Origin: Epiperipatus broadwayi
Lineage: Eukaryota; Animalia; Onychophora
Length of the DNA: 64,000 nucleotides
Assembly: GCA_028023455.1 (NCBI GenBank)
Contig: JAQFVV010000005.1
Span: 13,020,001 to 13,084,000 of the forward strand
Direction: 5' to 3'
Below the pieces are notes generated by a model. That model did not search any database, was not told the origin of the DNA, and saw only the letters and a list, made by a program, of their open reading frames with translations. Both the position numbers and the translations under genes were made by a program. Shown here in pieces: positions 12,896 through 26,329 of this stretch; within the stretch, counting starts at the first letter, position 1; each line of letters opens with the position of its first letter.

Positions 12896-13324
12896 AAGTT
12901 ATAAATATTAATTCTTATTAAGCGCAATGTCAGCATGTAATACTTATATAAAGCTAAAGCTTTAATACATGCACCTTGAGTGCTTAATTTTTTAGCAAGA
13001 GACCTCTACAAATCACAACACAAGATTTGACTTTATAAAGATAAGAGGGACCCTCTTATCTCTAACCTATTTTTTTTAATTATATAGGCAAATCTAAAGC
13101 ATTTTGATTTGGGAGCATGAAGCTAACAAATTCTTCACTGATTAAGTCCACTATTTCTATTAAACATTCGTGAAATCTTTCGATTTACAATGAGTCAATA
13201 TTCAGATATTAAATTTAGAAATATTTTGAATCAATTTAAAGTTATAAATATTAATTCTTATTAAGTGCAATGTCAGCACGTAATACTTATATAAAGCTAA
13301 AGCTTTAGTACATGCGCCTTGAGT
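12896..13324. repeat. ~87-bp direct repeats at a 341-bp period flanking a unique segment
   Basis: AAAGTTATAAATATTAATTCTTATTAAG(C/T)GCAATGTCAGCA...CCTTGAGT occurs at ~12896-12981 and ~13237-13324. Confidence 0.85.
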
Positions 13325-15667
13325 AAGTAAATCTGAGCATAACTATGTACAAATTAATAAAGAAGCATTGAAATTAGTGGAAGGCATTAAAAGTATTTGA
13401 AAAGAAATTTAAAATGGTTAAAGAATACAAATCACTACTGGACATACCTGCAATTAAAAAAGACTTACTGCCATAGATTCAATTAAAAATGATTTATTCT
13501 ATTGACAGCATATATACTTGATCTAAAATATATGCATGGTAAAATATTTATCATGCAAATGCATTACATTAACTTCTATTAAAAAATGAAGAAAACTCAT
13601 AAAAGGAAGAAAAAAATCAAAATGACTGAAATAACTAGTAGTAAAATGCTAAATAGTGTCCAAATAAAAAAAAATCAAATTCATATTAAGAATATAAATA
13701 GTTAATAAACTATACAAAGATGGATTGGCCAAGAAAACAACCATCAAACTTTCATAGATTCTTTTGTTTCATCGTTATGAGTTACTCATATTAATTGTTT
13801 ATAAAATATAGCCATTGAAAATAATACTTCTGGTAGAAGAGTTTGGACAAATGTTGAATCTTCTCCATTGGGGACGGCCAGTTTTGCTGAAAAAAATGTT
13901 AGCTCATTTATACTTGTGGTGTTGACAAGAACTGCAGTTGCATCACAGCTGAAATCAAAGAGCATATAAACTAGAATACATATAGACTATACAGGACCTT
14001 AGAAAAAGTTTTGTAAATACATTTTCTACATGGGTTGAAATTACAGAAGTAAACTCTTTTGCTAAAGTTTTTAAAAAAGGTTCTACAATCCATGAATATT
14101 TCTGACCATTGTATACATTATAATTTAGTATAAACATTTTGACCAAATAATAATACTGAACAAATAGAGATAGTTTTGCTTCATTCACAATGCAAGGATT
14201 AAGCTTGATATTTGGTGAAGAAAGTAAAAAAAGATATTGGAAAGAGAAATGGGAGTTGGGATATCAGAATGACCCACATATTATTATCATCTCATTCTAT
14301 ATTCACAATTACGCAGAAAAATCCTGTGCATAATTATTAATGAATAAAAAATGTAAGAACATAATTGAATTCATTGTTTGTACCAATAAAAAATATAGTA
14401 AAGTAGCTTAGTGTTCTGAAAAATTTTCAATGGATAGTGGGGAATTATGTTTTGAACTCTTCATATTACACTCAACGTAGATATCACAAAAGTCAGTGGG
14501 AATGTGATTGGTTTTGTTTTTTTTTACTTTCTAGATTCAAAGAAAGTTTTGTAAACAGAGACATAACAGTACCAATGTCAGAACGATAGTAGTATCAGAA
14601 ACCAGAGCCAAAAATAGTCTAACCACCAGTACCAAAATCAATGATAAGAGTTTCTATAAAAACAATGAGCATAACCACTAAAGTCCTAGTGACAATAATA
14701 GCAACTAGCCATAAGCTATAACAGCAGCAGACTGATTGTGAGCTATATCATAACAAGACAAGATCAGATTAACCAATATTAACCAAGAGGATTGGCAAGA
14801 AAACATCATCATCTAGAGAATTTACTCAATTGAATGTTGAATCATTTGATACAAAAGCTTAACCAAATTTCAAACTTATGCTTTAATCTCTTTCAATTTA
14901 TATGGAAGTTAGATACCAATTTATTTCTAAACTAAGGATGATGCTAACTTGACTAAGTTCTACGTGCAATGGTGTTATATCTATTACACAGATCTTAGAT
15001 AAACATTCAAGCTTATTAGAAATGAATTAAAATCTCAAAAACTATTCATTCCATGGGGAAATTCTTTAATTAACCATTTGAAAGACTATATGTAAACTAC
15101 AATTTCTGATCATAAAAATTAAACCTACAAAATTAAGAATAATGAAAACTCACCACTAGTATCATGTACAAGTTTATTCTATGGTAGAATGGCAAGCTAT
15201 AGAGTTTAAGGTCAATACATAATGGCTCAGCTCTGTCTTTCCTTGTGTTTGAACTTCTTATAAACTCAAGAGAAGTAAACAATGATTATTTTTAACTCAC
15301 TACTAGTTATTATTTTTCTAATAGATCTGTGTAAAAATTGTATAATTTTACTAAATTTTATCTCAAATTATTAGAAATAGTTAAACTAATTTAATTTTAT
15401 ATTTTTTATGTATATGTATTTAGCCAATTTCTTTACATATTCTTATGCTATCTAGTATTGCAATTAACCCATAATATTACAATCCTTATTGTTTATAACT
15501 GACAAGCTTAACAGATAGGGTCATGTGATCTATGACTCGATAATATTACATGTTTTTAAATGTAAATGGTTTTATTGCATGGAAGTTCATAAAAAAATTG
15601 GAGTGACAGAACAGGAATTAATCTGAAGAGCTTATGCTCCAGAACATTACTGCACTAAATCACACAC

Positions 15668-15748
15668 CTGTAGAAGATGATGTAGAAAGCATCATATGTG
15701 GAGTCAACTTGAGGATGATGGATGCTTCTGAAGTGGTTTCTGTTTCAT
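15668..15748 (-). CDS. Ser/Thr-rich spacer exon (D)ETETTSEASIILKLTPHMMLSTSSST
   Basis: 81 nt; atattttag|...ACAG|gtgtgt; phase 1/1. Confidence 0.8.
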
Positions 15749-17852
15749 CTAAAATATTAAAAAATTGCTTTTAATAATTTTTTTTCCTATTAGTGAATAA
15801 TTTAACAAACAAAAGTTTTTGATAAGACTTATAAAATTTATTTATAATTTATATTCTCACAGCAGTAAGATCTAATTTATTTAAAACATGACATTATAAT
15901 AAATTAATCTAAGAATAATTTAAGAAAAATAAAAATATATGATGTTGAATAAAATTCTCAGGGCAACATAATCGTGAAAATATATTTTATAATATGATAC
16001 AACTATCTTATGTAATGACAAAAAATGCCAAAGAACTTTTTTTTTTACATTTAGTCCTCATAACATATTTGAGTAAGACAGTAGTAATCTCCTTTCTTTA
16101 TTCTAGAGCCAACAGGATTACCATCAATGAAATCAGGGTGACTGTATACCAAAACCTTTATTGCTGATTGTACAACAATTTAGAATTCATTAATGACTAA
16201 GAATTCTATAATAATAGAAGACAAATTGAATGGGGATTATATTACTTATTAGATAAGTAATCAAGGGATTAGTTGTGCAGAGATCATTTTGATGCTGAGC
16301 ATCAGGTTGATCATTAATCTAGAAGGGTATAATTTCTATGCCTATTATTCAAATTGAATCATATATAAATAAGGTCTTTGATAGTTGTGAGTGAGAATTA
16401 AAATCCAGAAAATGGAATAAAAATGTTTTTCTAAAAATTTAACTAATTGACCTGCATAAATACAAGAATTGTCTGTAAAAGAAAAAAATTATTTCTGTTC
16501 TACTCTTCACTACCTGGTATATAGAATCTTTCCTACAATAAAAGATAAAGTTGTCATTTTGGCAATATAGACATTCTCCTGTAATATTTTCTTAGAAGTG
16601 TCATTATCAATGGTAGAATACATTTTAGAGATCACTGCATACTGATCTACATATAGTATGGTTGTATTTTATAATAAACCATAAGCCATGTACATTAAGA
16701 TATAAAAATGGTAGGATATTTTTGAATAGTTGCAACACAAAAGCACCAACAATCATTATAATAAGCACCTGCAGAGAAAATTGTCAGCTAAGATAAATAT
16801 AAATACTCATTGACAGGAAATAGTGCAGTTATGCAACACTGACCATGATATAAGGAAGAATATTGGAAAAGTCAATATTACCTTCTAGCTATATTTAGCT
16901 CCTAACTATTTAATAGTAGCAAATTAAAGATAAAACTTGGAAGCATAATTATTACAATTTATTGTGAAGCTACCCACAACTATAATACAATCCCTCCCAA
17001 AATGCCTTAATGATTATCACTAATCATTTTTAATCTAGAAATTATCATATCATTTTTGACCAAATATACATGTGTCAAACATGTCAGATTCAGCAATTTT
17101 ACAATTTTATTTAAATCTTCATGATTGTCATGTATATAATAGTGGTCAATAGCGACAGGAACTAATTTGTCTGTAATTCAAGTAATTTTGTATTCTTTTT
17201 AAGCATCTTAACATCACAATATTCATTTATGTCAATAGTTCATTTCTGGTGCATAGTACAGATACATGACACCATAATTTTGCTTTACCTGCATTTTTTT
17301 GTTTAACCGTAGTAATTTTTGGACAAACAGGAAAAATAGATGATATTTTATCTTAACAGGTAGATAATTGTGGATTAAATATTAAACTAAACCTTAAATA
17401 ATAACCAGGCAATTATAACTATTCTAATCTCATTTTGGAAATATAATGCTAGTGTCACTGACTCCATTTCTATCATCATCATCAATCATTATTACATTTT
17501 GTAATTATTTTTAAATATTTTCCAAGTTTTACTTATACTTCTTCCAATTTGTAAAAATGACTAAACATGCCATTTAAATTTCTCGTAACATTTTCAACTA
17601 CAAAGCTTGCTTTGTGTTAGTGTGTGTTATTGGGCTGATTTCATACAATAATATTACAGTGTTAATAATGTCATAATGGCAAAGTAGACTAATTCAAATA
17701 AGAGGCCATGAGAAAGAGACTTACATAAATAGCATTACCCACTAACATTGGTTTCAGTAGCAATATAGTATATACTGTCTGCGTATTTTAATGCAAAAGA
17801 TATATTCTAAAAATATATAAAATCAAGTTATTTATTAATAAGAACAGCTCAC

Positions 17853-17933
17853 CCATAGAAACTGTGGTAAAAGGTTTTACAGGAGGAATTGGCTGGAGAA
17901 TCACAGAAGTTTCTCTAATGAACTGAGTTTGGT
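17853..17933 (-). CDS. Pro/Thr-rich spacer exon (D)QTQFIRETSVILQPIPPVKPFTTVSM
   Basis: 81 nt; ttttttaatttag|...ATGG|gtgagc; phase 1/1. Confidence 0.8.
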
Positions 17934-18050
17934 CTAAATTAAAAAATATAAACAATTCATAAAAATAAACTACATATAGTACAATTATCAAATTTGTGCA
18001 TCTTATGAGACTCACAAAGATATTTTTTTAAATATTATATTTCATTGGAA

Positions 18051-18610
18051 TGTGATGTGATGTATTGTGGCTTCTCCTTAAACAAAGTCAAGAATATCTC
18101 AGCAATTATGCCCAGATAAACCTGTTAGCCACTTTCTTTTACATTCCCCACTCTAAATTTTCCCATATTCTGCTCCATCCCATTTCCACAACATAATCTT
18201 TGTCAATTCTATAACCTGTATATCTAAATCCCCTTTATCTTTTCTCAAACCCAGCATAAAAACCAATAATTGACTTTCCGTATAATCACTTTTTCCATAT
18301 TTATTCTTCCATAACTTCATTATATGTACCCTTTCTATTTTCAAGCATTTACATTCAATTAACAAATGCCTAATATTTTCTCTTTCCTCCTTACATAATT
18401 TACAAAATAAATCACCCATTTTTTTCCATTTACATGTATATTCTCTTGTAGCTAAAGATCCCATTTGAGCCTTAAATAATAAACTACTTTCCTTACTATT
18501 ATCATATATTAACTCACATCTAATATTCTGTTTATTTCTATATATATTTAAACTCTTTTTACTCTCCATACTATTTCTCCATCTCTCTGACTCCCTATTC
18601 TTTATTAATA
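18051..18610 (-). mobile_element. 5'-truncated second copy (560 bp) of the LINE 3' end with its own (CATCA)n tail
   Basis: Homologous to 18611-19180 with scattered substitutions. It encodes the same CKLCK...H...C end (ORF 18153-18569). Confidence 0.9.
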
Positions 18611-18728
18611 TGTGATGTGATGTGATGTGATGTATTATGGCTTCTCCTTAAACGAAGTCAAGAATATCTCAGCAATTATGCTCAGATAAACCTGTTAGCC
18701 ACTTTCTTTTACATTCCCCACTCTAAAT

Positions 18729-21700
18729 TTACCCATAATCTGCTCTATCCCATTTCCACAACATAATTTTTGTCAACTCTATAACCTTTATATCTAAATC
18801 CCCCTTATCTTTTCCCAAACCCAGCATAAAAACCAATAATTCACTTTCTGTATAATCACTCTTTTCATATTTATTTTTCCACAACTTCATTATATGTACC
18901 CTTTCTGTTTTCAAACATTTACATTCAATTAACAAATGCCTAATATTTTCAATTCCTTCCTTACATAATTTACAAAATAAATCACCCATATTTTTCCATT
19001 TACATGTATATTCTTTTGTAGCTAAAGATCCCGTTCGAGCCTTAAACAATAAACTACTTTCCTTACTATTATCATATATTAACTCACACCTAATATTCTG
19101 TTTATTTCTATATATATTTAAACTCTTTTTACTCTCCATACTATTTCTCCATCTCTCTAATTCCCTAGTCTTTATTAATAAATTTATTCTTTTATCCCAT
19201 TCCTTACTACTATAACACTCAATAATCCTCTTAACACAATCATCCCATCTTTTGTACAAATATACTGATATAAATTCTTTATCCAAATCTTTTGCATAGC
19301 GCATTACCTTTCTCACCCATCTTGTTACCTGCCCTTTACTCATAACCCAATTAAATACTATTTTAGCTATTCTTTTATTATCCATAAACTGCAATCTACC
19401 AAACATTTTCATTTTACTTTTTGCATCTCTCATATGAAAACTTGACCATCCCATTTCTCCTTGAATTGCCTCCCTTGCTGTCCATACTTCTGCATCCAAT
19501 GCATGTCTTCCTACTTCCCTTTGAGCTTTTTCTAAATAATCTAATATCTTTTTACTAACATATAATGCATCATTACCATATGTTAACCCTGCTACTGCAA
19601 CTCCTTTCCATATAATTCTAGCTACATCATATTTATTATATGAAAATACTGTTAATTTCTTTATCAATCCCTTTCTTTTCTTTGCTTCATTTATCAATTT
19701 TTTCTCCCATTCATCCAAATAATTTTTCTGATTACTTAAAATAATTCCCAAATAACTATATCTATTCACCACACTTAACTTAATATCTCCCAATAAAAAT
19801 TCTACATCTTCTCTTTCCTCAGTATTAACCATCATTATATTTGATTTTTCTTCACTAAATTTAATCCCCATCTCTTTACCCACCCTTGCACATGTCCTCA
19901 ACATAACTTCCATATCTTCTCTTTTTTCTGCACACAAAAATATATCATCTGCAAAAAAAAAGACCTGACAAAATATATACTCCCTTACTACCTATTAACG
20001 GTATCTCTATCCCTCTTCCTAATCTTTCTATTGCTCTTTCCATTTCACTCAAATACAACACAAACAAAATAGGTGACATAGGGCATCCTTGCCTTAGTCC
20101 CACACCATTTTTAACTTTAATTGATTCTATATTCTCTAATTGATATATATAATAATTATTTTCATATAATTTCTTAATAATATCTATTAAAGCTTCATCC
20201 ATTCCCAAATTTGCTAAACTTATCCATAATCTATTTCTATTTACTCTATCATATGCCTTCTCTATATCTATAAAACTCATATATAACTGTTTATCTGCAT
20301 TCCTACTCATATCCATAAGTTGTGTAACTACAAATAAACTATCTCCTATACGCCTATCTAATCTAAAACCTCCTTGCATTTCACCCACTACATTATTCCT
20401 TTCCATCCATTTTACAACTTTACTAGCCACCATATACAAGAAAACTTTATATAAAACTGATGTTACCGCTATCGGTCTATAATTATTCAACTTTCTATGA
20501 TTCTTACCCTTTCCTTTAAATAATAACCTTATTCTTGTATTACTCCAACTACTTGGGAAAACTCTATTCTGTGCCATTTTATTAAAACAGGATAATAACT
20601 TTACTTTTGCCTTATATCCTAAATTCATTACCATCTCTGCTGCCCATCCATCTAAACCTCTTGCCTTCCCACTTTTCAATTTCTTCTCTACCTCATTTAG
20701 TTCATTTTCTGAAAAACTAATATTCCCATTACTATATTCTTTCATATTTTCTAATATTCTATCATTCACATCTAACATCTTTTCTATATTCATTACATAA
20801 CTATTTAAGATTCTCTCTAAATCTTCTCTAGAACTACACTCAGTTCCCTCATCATCTAGTAATACTAACTCTCTCTCCCCTACATTTCTCCTTTTAATAT
20901 AATTCCAAAATTTTTTACTTCCATCTCTTCCACTTTTATTAATATCCTCCAACAATTTCCTATTCAATTTCATTCTCTCTCTATAAATATCTATTTTAGC
21001 CAACTTCTTCTTTTCTAAGTACTTTTCCCATTTAGCATTAATATCTTTTTCACTTTCCTTATTCTTAATAGCACACTTGTATTCTCTACATGCTTCTTTC
21101 CTTTCTTTTACACTTTTACTAATTTTAATTTTTTTATTACTTTTATTCTTTTCAATATTCTCACCTAAAACCCTATTTGCAACTTTTTCTACTTCCTTAC
21201 ACCAATCCTTATACTCATCCCCAACCCACTCTTCCATTATTTCTTCAACTTGTATTTTATACTCTTCCAACTTATTCTTATCATTTACTCTCCATCCACA
21301 TCTTTCACTATTATTTCTACTTTTATTTCTATTCTCCATCACATTACTAACCATTTCAATTACAATGAAATTATGATCACTAGTGCATACTTTTTCTTCA
21401 TTATCAAATAACTTAATTTTCCGTATTTTATTTATTCCCTCTTTCTCTACCAATACATAATCTATTGTGTGAAATATATTATTTCTGGACCATGTGTATT
21501 GTCCCTCATAAATATTTAATAAATTTCCAATACTCAAATTCACTTTCTGACAAAAATTCTTCAAAAGCTGTCCATTTTTATTATCTACATCATCAATTTC
21601 TTCAATATGTCCATTCATATCCCCTATAACCATTATTCTCTTCCCCCTTTCTTTAAAACTTTGTATATCCTTAACTAAACATTCATATATATTACTATTC

Positions 21701-22148
21701 CACTCCAATATAATTTGACTATCTCCAGTAGCTATATAAAGTATAGCCACCATCCATTCTTGTCTGCCCAACCTTATTTCAAACCACAAGTGTTCTTGAC
21801 ATTTAACAATATTTAAATATTTTTTGATATAACACCTATACCACCACCCCTTTTTTCTTTTTCTTTTCTATTTATACCCTGCCATACCGACTGTTCCAAA
21901 ATAGGTTCTTCTTCTTCTCTTAAATGTGTTTCCACTACTGCTAATACCTCAAGCTCTTCATTTTCAATTGTTTTATTTAATTCCATCCACTTTTCTGGTT
22001 TCCTACCACCTTGCATATTCAAAAACCCAATTTTAACAATTTCTTCTTTCCTAACTACTCTTTTATAAATTCTTTTAATTCTTTCTTCTCCATTACATTT
22101 ATAAATTACTTTCTTACCATTAATTTTACAAACCCATTCCTTCTCCAT
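18729..22148 (-). pseudogene. LINE ORF2: APE endonuclease, reverse transcriptase and C-terminal CCHC zinc finger, with two frameshifts
   Basis: Motifs GFLNMQG, ETH, GGGIG, IGDMNGH, DYVL, SDH, YRPIAV, QGGFR, FIDIEKAYD, GLRQGCPMSP, FADD (restored by removing one base from the A9 run at 19953-19961), YLGI and CKLC..H..C. The other frameshift is at ~21820-21830. Confidence 0.92.
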
Positions 22149-22243
22149 ATCTATATTTATATCAAAATCAAATTCCTTTTGCTTACTTCTTATATTGCAT
22201 CCATTCTTTTTAATAATATTACAATTTAAAAACCCACCCCCCT

Positions 22244-23173
22244 TTATAAGTTTCCGGAAAAAAATTCTTTATAAATCAAACTCCCTAAAACTTCACTTCC
22301 TTGTTTTCCTAAATGCAACCCATCTTTACTATATAACTCTCTCTTTCCAATAAAACAATCCCACACATCCACAAACATAACATTATTTCTCTCACACAAT
22401 TTTTTCAATCTCTCATTTATAGAACATGCCCTATCTAACAAATAACCCTTGTCAAATCTTGGTAATAATCCAACTATTCCTACTCTTCCTTTAATCATAA
22501 TCAAATTCCTAATCAAATCTACATACTCATCCATTATTCTCTCTGATGATTCTAATAAATTATTAGTCCCCACCATAATATATACATCTCTACTACCTTG
22601 TTTTTTAACTTTATCTGCTACATCCCTAATTCTAGCTCCAGGCAAACATACTCTTACATACCTACTTCTATTTTCCCGTGCAATTATATCCCCACATTCT
22701 CTAATTAGTGAATCTCCTATCAATACTGTTTCATAATCTACTTTTTCTGCTCTATCCATAACATTTTCTAATACCTTCTGGTCCTCCTTATCTATTTCTT
22801 CCTTATCATTCCTACTCAATAATTCCTTTATCTCCTCACATTTTATCTCTAATGATTTTAATTTTACTTCTACATACTTCAATTCTTCCTCTATCTTATT
22901 TATTCTTTGACTAATCATCTCCATTACACTATTACTTTCTCCATCCACTATTCTTCGACTATCTACACTTTGAAAACACTTTCTCACCTCTTTTATCATA
23001 TTAATACACTGACTGCATAACCATAAACCTTTTACATCCTTCCTAGTCTTATTTAAACATTTCAAGTGATATACCCCATCACATATAGTACATTCTACAA
23101 CAGCACGCTTAATTTCCTTTTCCCGATTATATAAACATTTTATATAATATAACTTAAAATATGACTAGCTCAT
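22244..23173 (-). pseudogene. LINE ORF1: PHD finger, coiled coil and SGNH/GDSL esterase
   Basis: (Y)IKC...CTICDGVYHLKC...WLCSQC, followed by LIGDS, PGAR, VGTNN and DGLHL. ATG at 23173 has an in-frame TAG at codon 3. Confidence 0.85.
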
Positions 23174-25392
23174 TTAAATCGTTATGCTCGGCTAAAATAT
23201 GTATAACTATCATTAATTATTTAGTACTGCCACCTTGTGTAAACTTGATTAACCAATAGATGCCTTGATGCTATAACTTAATAAATCCATATTCAGTGCT
23301 ATATTCCCAAATAAATTTCTAACTTATAGTTTTCAAAAATCTACAAAACCTGAATTTTTCTATCTAATATACATTTCCTCCAGCATCCATCTAGCATTTA
23401 TTGACTACTCAAGCTTATGCAAGGTGGGGAGTTGAAATAAAAGCCATTTTCTATTAAAAAGTAATGTAATTCCAAGAGATTTAAACTTTTCTCAAAAAGA
23501 ATATAATTCAACAGAAATAATACATATAAGCTTTTCTTAGTAAATATTCTATATGTATTATTTATATTGAATTAAAAAATAATGTATAGGCAGAGATCAT
23601 GTGATATTTTAATGGGTTACATTTTAATCAGTGAACTCTGTTCTAAGTGATTCCATTTCAAATCAGATTTCATATCAAGATACAACTCTAGCTATGATTC
23701 AAGTTTCTGATTGTTCCATGTTTCAACCTATAATGCAAGCACAATCCTCTTATAGTGATTTGCTGGAAAATAATCATATTGATACAATCATTCAATAGTC
23801 AATCAATCCTCAAAATGCTTTAAAAATGACATGATCAATCAAAAACAAAGTTGATGAATCCAATTTTATGACAACCTCAAGTTACTTATAAATAGGAAGT
23901 ACAAACTTCAGTGTCCAGACTGGGTTTGAATTAATGCAAATAAAATGGTAGACTTCCAAACTAAATTCTTATATGTTTGCATTTCATATGATGAGAATAT
24001 TTATTTTTTACATAAATAATCTTAGTACAGAACTAAGAAATTATTAGGCATACTACATTTTTTATTAGACATATTAGATGTTTGTTGACCTCTATTCCTG
24101 TCAAATATTATAGTAATTTATTATAACAGTTTATCATTACATTATATGTTACACTTGATAGGTAATTATATAACCATTTTTTTCTCAACTAAAATCTAAA
24201 TAATAATAATAATAATTTAAAATTTTATTAGATAATTAAAATATATATATATACTAAATTTCATTCTTATCCTGCCAAGACCTTATTTCACTTATATAAA
24301 TATAAAATTTTACTCAAAAAATTAAGTAAAATGTGAGGATCACAAATGACAGTGTTGACCCATTCTATCACTATACTAATCCACACATTCCAAAATAAAA
24401 TTAATAATAAATCATATACTTTATATAGCTAGAAAGACATTCATCAAGCATTAATATTCAACATAATTTATTATCTTAAATAATACTAAAAAAGTTTCAT
24501 GTGAACCGTTCTCCACACTAGTGCCATCTATCATACATTTGTAATCAGAGGTTATAGATGCATTTAAATCCCAAGAACATTTTCTAGTTTTTGCCTTTAA
24601 AAATAAGGCTTGGATTCCAAGATTGAAAGTAATGCAGTTATGCATTTGGCAAACACTTTTAACTCTATTTTACCTGCCACGATAAAAGCTTGAAATTCAA
24701 ATCAGCATAAGATTTTGAATTTAAGACTACTTGCTTGAATGGTTATATATATCTCACTTCATTCCAATATCTATATACTTTAGCTTATCTCAATTCTTCA
24801 TTAACAGTAGGCACCTTTTTCTTTAACTAGGAATGTTAATAACAACAATAAATGACTGAACTTTTCAGTTTACTATAATATAAGAACAGTTCTTCACTCT
24901 CCAGATTGACTTGGGTTCGAAACCTTAAACATTCAAATTTAATGTTTCCAGCATGGTATTAATGAATGGTCCAAAGATGCAAAAAGTCAATCATTTTGAT
25001 GATTTTATTAACAGTTTTAATCAGCTGCTCAATATAAATCTTATCTTTTTAATACTTAACTGTATGATGATCTTTTAACACTGTTTTAATTTCCTTGAAC
25101 AGAGTATTGAAGACATCTCTAAAGCCCAAGTTGTCTCTCAGAGATATAGTTTTTACTTAATAACCAAAATTGTTTTTCCTCTACAAAACCTTTTGCTTTG
25201 TAAAAGACCAAATTTTTTCTGCAAATGATTGTATACTTATGATAGAGAATTGGGAATTCTCTTCACTAATTAGATTCATTCATAATTTAATTTCAGAGCT
25301 AATCAATGATTTAACTTTTACTATCTTCTACCTTTACCAACATTATATTTCTGATTTTGAACTTTAGATAATTCTCCTAAAAGTGATCTTCT

Positions 25393-25620
25393 GTCTCATC
25401 ATAGTAATGCTCAGCATCTCTATATTCTTCAATTCATCACACTTTATACTGCTCAATCTAATTTTCTTATTCATCATCATCATTCTCAGCATCTCTATGC
25501 ACTTAAACTCAATATATTTCATATTGCTCAATTTTATTATATTTTGTCTCATCTTAATTATTCTCGGTATCTCTCAACTCAGCATATTTCAAAATGCTCA
25601 ATTTTATTATGTTATTTTCG
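25393..25620. repeat. Degenerate ~75-bp minisatellite, 3 units
   Basis: TCATC...TCTC(A/G)GCATCTCT...TGCTCAAT(C/T)T recurs three times. Confidence 0.6.
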
Positions 25621-26206
25621 TGCAAGATTTAATTTTTAATTTTTTTTATTTATTATCATGTTAAATTATTAAAATTAGTTAATAGTGATGTTGTAAATAA
25701 GTAATTATTTTTTTACATCTTATTTTTTTGTGTATTAATATAAATTCAAAATCTTCAAAAGACTAATCCATCTGCAATTGAATTCAATGATTTTATTATT
25801 TTTTATTTATTTACAATTTTATCTAGTCTTCAACAACATTAAAAATATAATTTTTATTAGTTTAAAATTTATAATAATTATATATTAATATTATTTTAAG
25901 TTCAAGTACTATACAAAATAAAATCTACAATAATAAAATTTTAATATCTATATTAAAATTATATTTTAACTCTGATAATGACAGTAAATCAGTTGAAACT
26001 ATAAGCAAATAAAAATAATAAAATCATTGAATAAATACACATAAGAACTAAATTTTATTAAAATTTTGGATACATTAAATAAAATATTTTATGGCTATTG
26101 CCATTTTTTGAAAAATAGATTTTTCTTTTGAAAGATGTTGGCAATGTATAGTGCTGAAAATTAATAAGTTAAATAAATAAATAAGATAAAAAATAAATGT
26201 AGTTAC

Positions 26207-26329
26207 CACATGAATCATTATCATTCTGCAAGGCAATCCCAATGAGGCAACACTGTGCAATATTGTTTATAATTTTACATGTTGATTTCTCAGGACATTT
26301 TCTGAGATGGCATAAATCAATGACATTTG
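26207..26329 (-). CDS. EGF-like exon, type A: (T)NVIDLCHLRKCPEKSTCKIINNIAQCCLIGIALQNDNDSC
   Basis: 123 nt; ttatttag|...TGTG|gtaact; phase 1/1; 6 Cys, with C4-C5 adjacent through a one-codon loss relative to its paralogs. Confidence 0.85.

Larger units (their letters stand above)
18611..23200 (-). mobile_element. Near full-length non-LTR retrotransposon (RTEX/RTE-like LINE)
   Basis: ORF1 plus ORF2, a short 3' UTR and a (CATCA)n tail at 18611-18633. The 5' boundary is approximate and no TSD was found. Confidence 0.9.

Noticed and set aside
13740-15260. Segments with decayed coding-like periodicity on both strands
   Set aside because: No recognisable protein motif and many stops, so it cannot be assigned.
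16647-16768. Possible alternative hydrophobic terminal exon after a good acceptor (ttttctctgcag)
   Set aside because: Such ORFs arise easily in AT-rich DNA, and there is no supporting paralogy.
24914-24924. Pol III B-box match GGTTCGAAACC
   Set aside because: No A-box or cloverleaf nearby; at most a SINE relic, not a tRNA.
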